From an uncultured bacterium (GTDB lineage Bacteria; Fidelibacterota; Marinisomatia; Marinisomatales; UBA1611): a stretch of 64,000 nucleotides of DNA. Position 1 is the first letter of the stretch. Every line of letters starts with the position of its first letter. Under the pieces are notes generated by a model. That model searched no databases, was not told the origin of the DNA, and saw only the letters and a list, made by a program, of their open reading frames with translations. Shown here piece after piece: positions 9,824-22,600 of the stretch. The position numbers and the translations under genes are program-made. Where the stretch lies: the NCBI GenBank assembly GCA_943788175.1, contig CALSPG010000003.1, positions 1-64,000 on the forward strand, given 5' to 3'.

Positions 9824-10657
9824 ATGTTCTCTAAAAAAATATATTTAGTTCTGGTGCTTTTTGTATTGTTTTCAATGCCACTCATGGCTGATACTTTTGG
9901 TTTTAAACCAGATGGTAGCAACTATTTTAAAACAGTTAGCGAAGCTACAGATGGAACTATTCAGATTAGCGTAACTGATGAAGGTTCTGCAGGATTTAGT
10001 TTAAACTTTCAATTGCATGTTGATTATACATCAGTCGTAAGTACAACAAATTGGAAGGAAAATAGTTCTGGAAACGGTTATTATCGAGATTGGAATCCAA
10101 GTGGAATAACCTGGACCTCTACGAATACCGCAACTCATCCAGTGACGGGTGGTTATTTAAATGCGTCATTAATTACTAGTGGTAGCGCACCATATTGGCA
10201 AATTAATCTTGTTGCTACCTCAGCTGGTGACATGACCTATACAATTACGCTACCTGTTTTTGATGATAAAATTTATGAGGGTGGCTCAACTGGGACAGCT
10301 GAAACAATAAATTTTAAAATTTCAAATGTATTATCTGGGACTTTGGATTCAGATAAAAATGCGTTTTCATACAAAATCCAAGACAACGATAAAATACCGT
10401 ATTACGGGTTTGCTCAAACCTCAACGCAAACTTTTGATGAAGGTCATAATACAAACGATGATGGAAATGGTTTAAGTTTTGCTATTATTCCAATCGCAAA
10501 CCCCACAGATAATGTTGTTTACGCTGTTGGTACGAATAATTTTGTAATTAACTGGGCAATCTCAGATGGTACAACAACCTCAAGTGATTATTCATCTGCT
10601 TCTGGTTCAGTTACTATCAGTGAACAATTGGTGGTGGTCAAGCTAATGAAAGTGTAA
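9824..10657 (+). CDS. N-terminal fragment of the giant protein (signal peptide and first Calx-beta-like unit)
   Basis: MFSKKIYLVLVLFVLFSMPLMA-D; ITLPVFDDKIYEGG...ETINFKI...IQDND. Confidence 0.7.
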   Translation: MFSKKIYLVLVLFVLFSMPLMADTFGFKPDGSNYFKTVSEATDGTIQISVTDEGSAGFSLNFQLHVDYTSVVSTTNWKENSSGNGYYRDWNPSGITWTSTNTATHPVTGGYLNASLITSGSAPYWQINLVATSAGDMTYTITLPVFDDKIYEGGSTGTAETINFKISNVLSGTLDSDKNAFSYKIQDNDKIPYYGFAQTSTQTFDEGHNTNDDGNGLSFAIIPIANPTDNVVYAVGTNNFVINWAISDGTTTSSDYSSASGSVTISEQLVVVKLMKV

Positions 10658-13600
10658 TAAATACTGGTATTATTGGAACTTGCGCGAAGTTGCTATTACA
10701 ATGGTCGATGATAATGTTGACGAGCCTGATACTGAAACATTTACGATAACATTGTCAACAACGGATTCACTGACGATGGCCTGATATTTGGTGATAACAA
10801 CGATTTATCAGTTGTTATTAATGATGATCCTGAAGATTTAGCACCTTATGTCCGTTTCACTAGCGCATCACAATATGTTGATGAAGAATCAAGCAATAGC
10901 ACCGTAACGGTATCTCTTGAGCTGAATGCGGGTTCTGGTTTTTCTGATCCTTCTGTAGCCTATACGGTCTCACTTTCTTCGACAGCTGAACCTAGTGGGA
11001 CGTATCAAGACCACACTTTAGAAAATGGAACTGTTGTATTTGATGGTTCTGTTGGTGACCAAAATCAGGACATTACATTTACTTTGAAAGCCGATGTTTT
11101 TGATGAAGGCCTCGACAACGATAATAGTGTCGTTGAAACGGTAATTATCACATTGGATGGTGGAAACGTTTCTAATCTAAGGGTAGATAATGATGCCTAT
11201 GCTAATACCACTCATACTGTTAACATTCGTGATAATGACCCAACTCCTCAATTAGCTTTTAGTTCTGATGGTTCTGTTACCGCTGTATCCGGTGCCGAAT
11301 CGGTTACTTCCCCAACGATAAAAGTACTTGTCACTGATGGAGCAGGAAACCTTACTCCTTCAGCGTTGCCAATCACTTTAAATGTTACTAATCATACAAG
11401 CTCGGCTGGTACGGCAACGATTTATTCAGACGCAACCACGCCTTGGGATTATAAAATTAATGGTACAACAGGTTCTGTAACAGGTGTAACAATTCCTGCT
11501 TACAGTTCTGAATATGCAGTCCCAATCGTAATAAATAGTGATGCCTATTATGAAGGTTCGGATGAAACCGTAAAATTTGATATTACTGCTGGCAATAATG
11601 CCTCAGGGGGTACGTTTACACATACTTATACAATTGGTGATGATGACGCAAAGCCGACAATTTTCTTTACGAATGGTGCATCTACTATTACATCAACTGA
11701 AACCGGTGGTTCCAATATTACTGGAACTGTTGATGTCCAATTGTCTACCGTGAGTGCTAAAGCAGTTGATTTCACCTACAGTGTTACTAGTTACAATGCA
11801 GGTTCAGGTGATGATGCATATTTAAGTAATAGTATAGATGATGATGGTGATGGCTCAACTGATGAATCAAATGAAGGTGATGCTGCAAATACAGACTTTG
11901 ATCTTCCAGCCTCAACAGGTTCAATTGCTGCGGTAACAAATACTACAGCCACTTCATCCTCTACTCAAATATCATATACTCACTATGTTGATAAAGTCGA
12001 TGAGCTAGACAAATATGTTGAACTTACGGTTGCTGTTGCTGTTGGAGAGAGTGATGCTACGGTTGCTTCTAATGGTACTCAAACTCAAATAATAAAACTT
12101 GAAGATGATGATGCTGCACAGCAGGTTAGCTTTTCAGCAAGCTCAGATGAAAGCAATGATGAAGGTGATACGGAAACGATTACTGTGCTGAAGCTAACTG
12201 ATTCTACAACTCCGGCTCAAACAAATGGTACTACTTCGTCGGAGTTTACAATGAAAGCAACTATTGGCGTTGGCAGTTCAGCTAATCCAGCGACTGATGG
12301 TGATACTGATGATGATTTTGATCTGTCTACTAGTGGTGGAACAGCAATCGCAGCTGGTGCTTCTCAAGTATTAACTTTTGGCCCAAGTGATGCGTCTGCA
12401 TCTATTTCGATTGCCATTGATGATGATGATCTGTATGAGGGTGGTGCGTCTGGTACCGCTGAAGATGTTAAGTTTGAGCTTAGTTCGTTGGTTAATGCGG
12501 TAGCAGGTGGAAATCCTAATATGACTTATTATATCGTTGATGATGAAAATAAGCCTGTTATTTCTTTTGACACTGATGCTAGCAACAGTGTGCCTTCTGG
12601 CAACGAAAATACTGTTTCTAGTCCATCTATTACAGTTATTCAAGATAGAAGATCCATATATCCATCAACGATAAATTATTCTGCGGATCCCTCAGGAGGA
12701 ACGGCTTCTGCAGATGATTTCACACTTGAAGATGGTGTTGCAGAAATTGCTGCACTGTCGACAACTACCACTATCCCGCTACAAATAGTTTCTGAGACTA
12801 AATTTGAAGGAAATGAGACAGTTGTGATTGCGTTAGATGGTTCTACAGTTAGTGGTAATACAACGCCAAGTGGTTCAAACTTATCGCATACTTACACTAT
12901 TACAAACGATGATACTAAACCAACATTAGAATTCAGTGCGGTAAATAAAAGTGGTGGGAGCGCATCTGCCTCAAGCCCTGAAGAAGCTGACGGGAGTGTG
13001 ATTATTACCGTTTCGCTTTCAGCTATCACGGGTGTTGCAACAAATGTATCATACACTATTGCCTCTAGTACGGGGGCCTCTGATGCTGATTGGAGTGATG
13101 GTACCACAGATTATGATAGTGATGCATCTACAAATATTATTACTTGGGCGGCAGATGAATCTACAATTAGTAAAACAATTGTAGTGAATTTTACGGATGA
13201 TACCATTGATGAGGGCGACGAAATAATTACCGTTACTTTATCTGGTGTCAGTGGTGGTGCTCAGGATGGGTCAACTTTGTTGCATACTATTACACTACAA
13301 GATTCAGATACTCCGCCTATTATGCAATTTACAAATAGTACTGCATCGGTAAATGAAAGTGATGGAAATATTACAATTCCGTTGACGTTGACTCATGATG
13401 GCACAAACAAGCAAGCCTCAGACTTTGGTAATGCTCAGATGACGTGGACAATCAACGGTTTGAGTACAGTAACTTCAAACAATTCGAGCACTGACTATCC
13501 AAACGATATTACAACGGCTACTACAGGCTCTATTGTGATTAACAAAGGCTTGACTGATGGAAGTATTGTAATTTCTCTAAATAATGATGCAATAGATGAA

Positions 13601-16600
13601 TGGGATGAAACGCTTATTGTTGATCTCTCTAGTCCAGTTAATGCCACGGCATCTGGGAACCAGCGCATCACGGTAACAATTAGTGATGAAGATGATGCTT
13701 CTCCGACAATTAACTTTACTTCAACTGCTTTAGGTTCAGGTACAACAGAAACTGCATCGGCTAATGCGACAATCAATTTTACAGATCATATTAGGTTAAC
13801 TGGAAAGTCTGGAAAAGATTTATGGTTTAGTTATACCACAGAGGGTGGCGGAGCTGGGACAGCTTCTCCTAATCAAGATTATACTCCATTAACTGGTACG
13901 TTCAAGATTGTTGAGGATGCTCTTGCGCCTTCAGTGACAGTTCCATTAGTTATCTTAGCTGATGATGTGGATGAGCTCGACGAACAAACTGTAAAAATCA
14001 CAATTTCAGTTTTGGGTGCAGATCAAAATGATGATAATAGCTCCTACGAGCAAACATCATCGGCTGAAACGGCAAAAAATGGAAATATGGTTTTTACCTA
14101 TACAATTGATGATGATGATGACCCACCAAATGCATTTTTTAAAAATGTAGATGGGGATAATGATTCAGAAGTTGGATCTATTGATGAAAGTGCAGGGCCA
14201 AAAGAAATTATTGTTGCTCTTTCTGCGGGTTCCGAACGAAATATAACACTTTATTATTCCGATGCTTCCTCAGGTAGTGCTACATCAGGATCTGATTATT
14301 CGGCAATTACGGCATTTACACCTATTACAATCAATGGAGCCGTTGGCGGTACGGGAGCCACAGAGTCAACTATTTCTATCGCTATAACGAATGACGAAAT
14401 TCACGAAGAAGACCAAACGATTGTACTTAGTTTGCTTTCCACGAATGCATCTACATCAGATATGGCAACAATTAGTTATGCATCAGCAGGTGGTGGCTCT
14501 GGTGCAGAAGCTATCAATACGTACACTTTAACGATTGTAAATGATGAAGATCCCCCTAAGGTTAACTTTACAAATGGTAGTGCTGTAACTGATGCGGAAA
14601 CAACTATCGATGAAGATGCTGGATCTGTGATCTTAAATGTAGAGCTTAATAGGGCTACTGAAAAAACAGTAACAATTCCTTATACTTTTAGTAATGATGC
14701 TGTAATTCCCGCTACTGGTTCTACGAGTACTGGGGCATATCCCAAGGATTTTTATCATACTGGTTTCACAGATGGCGGTTCATTAACCATTAGCGGCGAT
14801 GGCAGTGATGTTAGTCAAGGAGCTACAATTACGATTAATCTTTTAGCAGATGCAGTAGATGAGTGGGATGAAAAAGTTATTTTAAATATAGGAACGCCTA
14901 CAAATGCTGAAGTTGGAACAGTTGTGACTCATACTGTGATTATTACTGATCAAAGTGCCGCTCCAACAATTAATTTCACTACAACCGCTGAAGGTTCAGG
15001 TACTTCTGAAACAGCTTCTGCAGCTGCAACAATTAACTTTACAGACCATATTAGTTTAAGTTCTAAGTCGGGGAAAGATTTATGGTTTTCTTACGCTACC
15101 GATGGTAGTCCTGGTACAGCAACTTCAGGTCAAGATTATACGCCTGTAAGTGGTTCATTCAAAATTGCGGCAGGTTCAACGACTCCAGCATCATCGATTG
15201 CGTTGCCAATATTATCAGACACAGTAGATGAACTCGATGAACAGACAGTTAAAGTGACCTTAGATGTTCTTGGTGCAGATCAGAATAATGATAATAGCGT
15301 TTATGAGGCTACAAGTAACGCTCTCTCAGCGATAGAAGGTAGTATGGTTTACACATATACAATTGATGATGATGATGCTCCTCCATTTGCTTACTTTAAA
15401 AATTTAGATAGTGTAACGGGATCAGAATCGGGAACGGTAGATGAGGGCGAGACAAAAACAATTACCGTTGCTTTGTCTTCTCCATCTGAAAGAGATGTTG
15501 TTATTTATAGGTCAGATGCTGGGACTGGGAATGCAACCTCTGGCACGGATTATACTGCCATAACAGCTTTTTCTAAATTAACAACTATATCTGGTACTGC
15601 AGGTGGAATTGGTGCAGATACTGAGGTGACTTTTGATGTTATTTCTACCGAAGACTTAATACATGAAGTAGATCAAACAATTGTAATAAATTTATTAACA
15701 ACTGCTTCAGTGACTGGAGATATGGATGTCATTAGTTACGCTTCGGCAGGAGGAGGTACGGGTGCTCAAGCCGTGAGCGCGTATACGTTAACGATTACAG
15801 ATGATGAGGAATTGCCAGCAGTTAATTTTACAGATGGAAGTGCAAGTGCATTATCTACCAATACTATTTCTGAAGATGCGGGCACTATAACTGTTAATGT
15901 AGAGCTAAGTATTGCTACGGAAAAAACAGTGACTATACCATTTACATTTGGTTCTTCGTCTCTTCCGGCAGCAACAGGTGCTGATGCAACGGGTGCTTAC
16001 CCAATTGATTTTTATCATTCTGGGTATTCTGGTGGAGGTTCTTTAACGATTAATGGCGATGGCACTGATGCAACTCCAGGAGCCTCTTTTGTGTTAAATA
16101 TCCAATCAGATGCTATTGATGAGTGGAATGAAAAAATTGAAATTAATTTGGGCGATGGGCCTACAAATGCTCAGAAAGGTGGCACTTTTCAGCACATAAT
16201 TACAATAACAGATGCTAGTGAAGCGCCTACTATTAACTTTAGTAGTACATCGCTTGACAATGGTAACACAGAAACAAATCAGGCTAGTGCTGATTTTAAT
16301 TTAAAAGATATTATTGTTCTTTCTTCAAAAAGTGGTAAAGATATAACATTTTCAATCACTACAGAAACAGATGGGAACGGTGCTACGGCTGCAGCGCCTA
16401 GGGATTACACATTAATAAATGATACTTTTACAATTACGGCTGGGAACACTGCAATTGCGGACGACTTAACTTTAGATATTCTTGATGATTTATACGATGA
16501 AACTGATCAGCAAACAATAGTAGTTGATATTGCTTTTGTTGGTGCAGATAGAGATGGCGATGGTTCTTATGATGACCCAGATGCGGATCCTGCTGCTGCT

Positions 16601-19600
16601 AAATGGAAGCACGCGATTTACTTACGCGATTAATGATGATGAAAATGAGCCAACGCTTGTTTTTGCTGATAATTACACGCTTGATGAAGATGTTGGGAAT
16701 GCAACAACTATTAAAGTAAAGTTTGATCCTAGGTGGTACAACTCTTACAGAAAGAACTGTTACGGGACTTATCTCGTTCAAAAATACGAGCACCGCAAGT
16801 AATGGCTCTGATTTATCAACAATTGTTGATCCAACTTCTTTAATTATTTCTGATGGTATAAATGGTACGATTTTTCCTGGAGTTACAATTGTCGATGATA
16901 ATAGATGGGAAGATGCAGAAACTATTGTTCTGGAATTAACAGTAGATGCTGGAGGTGCTGGTAATGCCCGCATTGACACAGATAATGATGAAACGGTAAT
17001 AACCATTTCTGATGATCCTGCAGATGAGCCTACGATTGAGTTTTTTGATGCTGATGGGAATGTTACTAGTGCTGCTTCCGTAAATGAATCAGATTTAACC
17101 TATAACGTCCGTATCGGCATTAGTAATGGAAAAATCAGCGAAAAAGCTATATCGATTGGTTATGCTATAGACTTTAGTTCATCAACGGCTCGGTTTGATG
17201 AAAATGACGATGGGACTAGTTCTAATTTTCCTGCAGATTTTAGAAAATGGGGATCTTCATCTACAAGTATTTTTTCATCTACTGCGCTTGATTATACTGC
17301 GCCAAATACTAGTGCGTCAGGAACGATTACAATATTAGCTGGCGACGCTGGTACTGCTTCTGCTCAAACGACATTTTTTACCATACCGATAAACGTCGAT
17401 GGCATTGACGAATTTACAGAGTATTTAGATATTAATATAGGCACTGTCTCAAATGCTTCAAAAGGAGATAATAAAAGCTTGCGTTTATCTATTGAAGATC
17501 ATGCTGACGACGTTCCTGTAAAGTACAGTTTTGCTACAGCATCGGCTGGTTCAGCCCCTTCTTCATCTGGTGCAGAAAATACATCTCCAACTTTTCAAGT
17601 AGTGCTGCTTGATCCTAACGATCAAACGCAATTAAAAGAATCTGGAAAACCAATTACGTTAACTTGGACAATTGCACTTGATGGAACAAATGGAGATGAT
17701 ACAAAAGATGTGTCTGAGGCTATAGATTTTACACTTCCTGATTTTCTTGGAAATACAACATATTCTAAAAATATTATAATTAGCCCTAGAACGGGTTCTA
17801 GTACTAGCGCTCCAACGTCATATACGATTGGTACATCGGATATTGATATTAATGAAGCTGATGTAACCTTTGAGGCGACAGAATATTTTAAACTTTCTTT
17901 AGCAAGTTCTGATGCAAATGCAGCAGTTGGTAGTACTAATGGAGCAACAGACGAGCATTATTTTAGTATAACAAATATAGATAGTAGGCCTGAAATTATC
18001 CTCACAGATAGTGATGCGGGTGTAACTTTGTATGAGCAATCTAGCCAAGGGGCTAAGGCTCATGATTTTCAATTTGAGATTAGTAATAGTGGTACCCAAA
18101 AATCAGAACTACCAATACATGCTTATTTTAAAATAGCCAGTACGGCCTCTGGTGCTGATAATGATGCTGACATATCATACTCTGGTACGTACGAAGCAGG
18201 GAGATCTTGATTATACTTACAATGATGGACCATTATTAACTAATCAGATAGTAACTATACCATCTCCAATCACTGCTTCATCTACAGGGTCTATTACGTT
18301 ATCAGTTTATGATGATATTCTTTATGAGTTAGATGAAACATTTGTTCTTGAAATGTATACTTTTGACGCTGCGCAAGCCGCTGCGGCAAGTTTCAGAAGT
18401 GTTGTAGGTCTTACCTCAGAAAGTTATGCTACAGCTCCTGATGGAGCAAAAGTTGATGATACTGGTTACGACAATGTTGTTGTGACTATTAAAAAAGATG
18501 AAACGGATAAACCTTCTGTCAATTTTGTCGATGCTTCGAATAATGCTATCAGCGCTGTCACTTTTAATGAAGATACTACTGGGGCAAAATATACTGTCAA
18601 GATAAAAGCTTCATCCTCTAGCTCCGAGGCGATAATAATTCCGTATAGCATATTTTTAGACTACGAGGGTGATGAAAAAACTGCGAGAGTAGGTTTAGAA
18701 AATGATACTTACCCCTATGATTATTATGTGGCTAATAGTTCTGAACCAAATTTTGCAATTACTGGCGATAGAAGCTCAAACACCGTAACGGCTGATGGTT
18801 TTGTTGTTATTCCAGCTTCGAATGCGTTGGCACAAAATACCGAGGTGTCTTTTGATATAACGATAAACAATGATAATATTTACGAGCATGATGAAACAAT
18901 TACTTTAAAATTAGGTACTACAGATAATGCGACATTAACTAATGCAAGTTTGGGCTCAAATGTTGAGCTAATCTTGACCTTGAAAAATGATGGTGAATCT
19001 AAATCCTCATTAGCATTTAGTTCAACGTCTGCAAATGATAATGAAAGCGATGTTATAAAAAACTTGCCAATTTTTCTTTCAAAAGAGAATGGTAAGGACA
19101 TAATATTCAAATATTCTGTAAATAGTACAGATAATTACCCTTCTGATGGCGATCGTTTCTATAATGCGCTTTACCCTAACAATGAAAATATTGCTACAAA
19201 AGGAATTGATTACAATTTTGGTTCTTCTATTACCACCAATATAGATGGTGACAGTATTATTACCATCGCAGCTGGGCAAACTACGGCGAATATTCCTTTA
19301 ACTATTATTAATGATAGTTATGATGAGTATGATCAGGTGCTTAGAGTCAGTATTAGTGTATTAAGCGCTTTGGTGGATAATGATGCAGCCGAAAACGATG
19401 ACGACTCTGTTTATACGTTTACGATTATTGATGATGATGCAGAACCGTATATTAGATTTGAGGCAAATGTTGTAGCTGCAGAAACAAACTCGGGAACATT
19501 AACAAAAAACATAGAAATTTCATTAGTTGACGAGGATAGCAACCCAGTTGAATCAGAAAAAACGATAACGGCGTCATATATTTACGATGTTACTGAAACA

Positions 19601-22600
19601 AGCGGTGATTATACATCTGCTTCCATAAATGGAAATGGAAGTTATAATGAATATGAAGACGATTTTTTCTTTGAAAATAGTTCTCTGTCTTTTTCTGGAA
19701 GGACATACTCTTATAATTCTGCGACGAAGGTTTTTGAAGAAACGGCTGGTCAAAATTTAAAAACCGTCTCTTTATCAATTTATGGGGATGCACTTTATGA
19801 GGTTGATGAATATGTTAATATTGAATTAACACCGTCAGATTTTGTTCAAAATAGAGAGTTGAGCTCTGGAGATCATTCCTTCGTTTACACAATTCAAGAT
19901 GATGATGATAGTCCAACTGTTACTTGGCTTGAACCAAGTAAGAACATTCAAGAGGGTGACCCAAATGATGCGAGCGGCGAGGGGAACTACCAAAACACAG
20001 ACATTAAGGTAACACTCAGTAAATTATCGGGTACCGATATTCTTGTCCAGTACTCTGAAAAAGCGGGCGGTTCTGCAGAATCTGGAACAGATGCTAATTA
20101 TGATTTTTACCTTGGAACAGACAACACAGATTTGAGTGCTATTGGTGTCAATACAAAATCTGTAATAATACCTGCTGCTACTAGTGCGAGCTCTGATTTG
20201 ACTTTGTCTATACCTATTGATTCATGGGATGATGATATAGTTGAGAAAACATTGACAGCTGAATATGAAAATTTCTTTTTACAAATTGATGGCTACAGAG
20301 ATAAGGGTTCAGATAAGATCTGGGCAACTGGAGATGATGGCTTAACTCCAGTATCATCAAACAATGAAGTTGAGATTACTATAGTCGATAATGACAGTCC
20401 TCCTTCAGATTTTACTGTTGGAAGTATTTTGACAAAAACAACCAATACTGATACTATAGTAACTTCTTTTTGGAACCCGCTTACACCGGGGTATTGGAAT
20501 AAATACAATACAGGTCTAACCGTAAAAGTCCCAATTGAAGACAATTCAAAACTCGTGAGTGGAACTGTTCGTTTGATTGCAAAAGTAGATGGGTTTGCTT
20601 ACAATAATATTGTTACTTCTGCAATAACAATAACTGACTCAGATTTAGGAGATTCAATTACTTTTAATGTTTCTATGCAAGATTTTGAGGGAACTGAAGC
20701 TTCTCCAACTGCTTGGTTTAGTGACGGCAATGTTGTTAATATTTCTGCGGTTATTGCTGACAAGGATGGAAACGAAACACAAGGATCTGCTAGTCTAACT
20801 ACACTTACGATTGATGAAACGGCTCCTTTTATTGCATATTATGATCTTAACTCTATTGCCTCTTCTGGAGGAACTGTAGTTTCAAATTATTGGAATAGCA
20901 CAAATGAGAACTTTGATGTTAGTCTTAAGGTCTCAGCAATTGATCCATCGGTCAGCAATGGAAAAATTAGAATTCTTGCTGGCGTCGGTGGAGACGAAAC
21001 CTCCGCTGTCTATGAAAAATTGGGTTCTCCTGTATCTATACTTCCATCGAGTAATGTTATAGGAGGTACCGTTCTAGCTTCAATAACTAAAAATGAAATT
21101 GAGTCTTTAAAAGAGTTTGTTGAAAATGACTCGATAAATGTTAAAGGTGAAGTCGTTGATATTGCTGGAAACAGAACTACTCTTAATATTTCAACAACTA
21201 AAACATTTATCGATACAACTGCTCCGCAAATAAGTAGTGTAAGATCAGTAAATACGGCTGATGATAGTAATAATGATGGTTTATTTGGAATAGATAGCGT
21301 CATAAGTTTAAAATTTACATTCTCAGAAAGTTTAACTCTGACAAGCGGTACTGCTACGATAGGCTTTAATGATGCGAGCATAGCAGATCTTGAAATTCAG
21401 GAATCCAGTCTTCAGAGTGTGACCACACTTACAGTGCCATACACAGTTCAAGCGAATGATGTTAGTTCCAAGTTAACTTTTACAGCTCTTAACTCAGTGA
21501 CTGGAAGCTTTAGGGATGTTGCTGGTAATGACATGTCTGTTTTTACTGCAGTCAGTGGTTCTAGTTTAGAAGACCTTTCAACTGTTGAAATTGATGGTCT
21601 TGCACCCTCTAGCTTTACGATTGATACATTGTTTGTCCAAGGTACAAACACGGCTAAAGGTTATTGGAATTCTAATTCAACTAGTCTCATTATACCGATT
21701 ACAAATTCTAAGGATCAAAATGGTAATGAAACTGCTGACGGCGATCCAAGTTTAATTGGCGGGAAAGTTCAAATTTTAGGTCGTGTATGGAACACATCGA
21801 CCGATTCACCAGGTGCATATGTTGAAGTCGGAACTTCAACTATTTTAATAGATGGTGTTGGAGGAGGAGCAGAGCCATCAGGATCGTGGAACGAAGCTAG
21901 CGGGATTCTTAATTACGGACAGTTCCCAGGAAAAACACTTCACTTTGAAATTGATGCTGCAACGATGGAATCAGCTTTATCTGTACTAGCTAATTACCCA
22001 AATGAAAGTGCAGCAAATCCTGAGCAGAATGGGAAAATAGATTTTGCTGCTATAATCATTGATAAAGCGGGCAATCCAACTCAGGGGACTGCGACATCTG
22101 GTTCCGAATTAATTGTTGATGAAGTAATGCCCCTTGATCCTGAGATTGGGCTTCCTGTATCAGGGTACAATTACGCCATAACGCCATCAATAGATAATTA
22201 CATAGAGATTGTTCCGGACACGGTTGTTGGCGCTGGTTTTTCCAGGACAGGATTTTACAACAGCACTAATACTGGAGTGATATTTAAATCATGGATTGCT
22301 TTTGATGATCCAAACGGTGCAATAACAATTGATCGAGATGTTTCTTTAGTTGATGGTAATGTCCAAGTTCAAATGGCCTCTACGAATGATGCGTCAACTG
22401 CAACGTGGTCTAATATAGGTGATTCTGTTGTAGTTCAGCAGGCTGACATTGATGCTGGATTTATAACAATTGTTGTTGATTCTTCTAATATTGAATCAAT
22501 ATCCGGTGATTTTGTGGAAGGGAAAACTTTATACTTTCGCAATAGAGTCACTGACAAAGCAGGAAATATTACATTCCAGTCTACTGTAAGTAACAAATCT

